Of a DNA stretch of 64,000 nt, positions 62,956 through 64,000 are shown piece by piece. Under the pieces are notes generated by a model, which worked only from the letters and a program-made list of their open reading frames with translations, was not told where the DNA came from and did not search any database. The stretch comes from Hemiscyllium ocellatum (Eukaryota), in contig NC_083404.1 of the NCBI RefSeq assembly GCF_020745735.1, positions 119,907,731 to 119,971,730 on the forward strand, written 5' to 3'. Within the stretch, counting starts at the first letter, position 1; each line of letters starts with the position of its first letter. The position numbers and the translations under genes are program-made.

Positions 62956-64000
62956 TTCCCAGTATTATTTTGTATTCTCTCTTTACATAAATGATCCAAG
63001 TATTTTATTTTTTCAAATTATGTGACTGTATTCAAAGCAACATTCATTCTTTTGGTGGTAGTGCTGAACTTATGCCTCACAGATTTGGAAAACTGGGAAA
63101 AATATTCATCATCTTGAAAACTTTTAAAGGTGTTCTCTTTAAACCTCTCAATTCCATTGAGAGAGACAACATTTTCCAAGCTATTTCTCACAACTGTATC
63201 CAACTCTTCTTTTATTTGTTAAACAAAATGTTGTACCCTTCTTATGACACCAGCACATACTTGTGATAATATAAACTAAAATGCAAATAAATTGAAAATA
63301 GAGCATAGGAGAAGATTTAAAAAAGAAACTTCACATAAATCCAGTCCTTAAGTCCATAAAAGCCACAAAAGAAAGGACACACCAAATATAAAATAAATTC
63401 ATAATAATGGTAACCAAACAAATGGAATGAGAATTGCTTAAAACTTTGAAAATAATGCTGAGCAACAATTGCAGCTTCCCCTATTAAGGTTATATCGAGG
63501 CATGCCACTTCGATGAGCTGAAGAAATGCAATTATATACCTGACATCGGCTGTATGACTACAAATAATACATAGTATTGAGAACATAATAAGATGTGTGA
63601 CAGCACAAACAACATATTTTAGAGATGTGGCAATTAATTTCTTTCATTTTATTAACTCATGCTGTTTCTGCTTATGTATTTATGCAAAAGTCCCATTGAA
63701 GAACCAACAACAATTAAGTCAGTCACATTCAATAAGAAGAATAACAAAATGATATCAATATTTTTGTTGGGAAAAATGAACAATTTGGCACAGAGTAATC
63801 TTACTCAAAAAAGTATGAATAAAAAGATTCTATTGCTAACATTGGAAACATTTAGTTTCAATCAGGAGACAATGACTGACATTTTCTCAACCTATTGATG
63901 GTATTCATCCTGCTTGAGAACTTAGGGGAAAGGACCATGTGTGGATTGACATTTTCATCTGAATATTTTTGAGCATCATCAGAATTTACAGAGATGTTTC

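Noticed and set aside
1-64000. CRISPR arrays, operons or prokaryotic defence systems
   Set aside because: No regularly spaced repeat-spacer arrays and no long ORFs; the sequence is vertebrate repeat-rich non-coding DNA.

Overview
Eukaryotic, AT-rich, repeat-dense non-coding DNA. The repeat repertoire (HE1-type V-SINEs, CR1/HER1-type LINEs, DeuSINE relics, Penelope-like elements) points to a cartilaginous fish, most likely a shark; this is inferred from repeat recognition only. I find no intact host protein-coding gene, and the ORFs I can identify are transposon fragments or their antisense frames. The window holds decayed CR1 LINEs (one near full length), a second LINE family with its partner tRNA-SINE, a Tx1/L1 relic, a Gypsy relic and solo LTRs. 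It also holds about 20 fragments of three Penelope-like (PLE) families, labelled A, C and D here. The most interesting signal is that all three PLE families carry a minimal hammerhead-ribozyme motif (CUGANGA-A-stem II-GAAA plus a 4-nt palindrome) with covarying stems. Most short copies are truncated or folded back at that motif, giving palindromic mini-elements flanked by target-site duplications (TSDs); one has 91-bp arms and an intact hammerhead on each strand. Unexplained unique segments include a ~1 kb coding-like relic (53.7-54.7 kb), a candidate micro-exon and several homeodomain-motif-rich enhancer-like blocks. Boundaries of decayed repeats are approximate.
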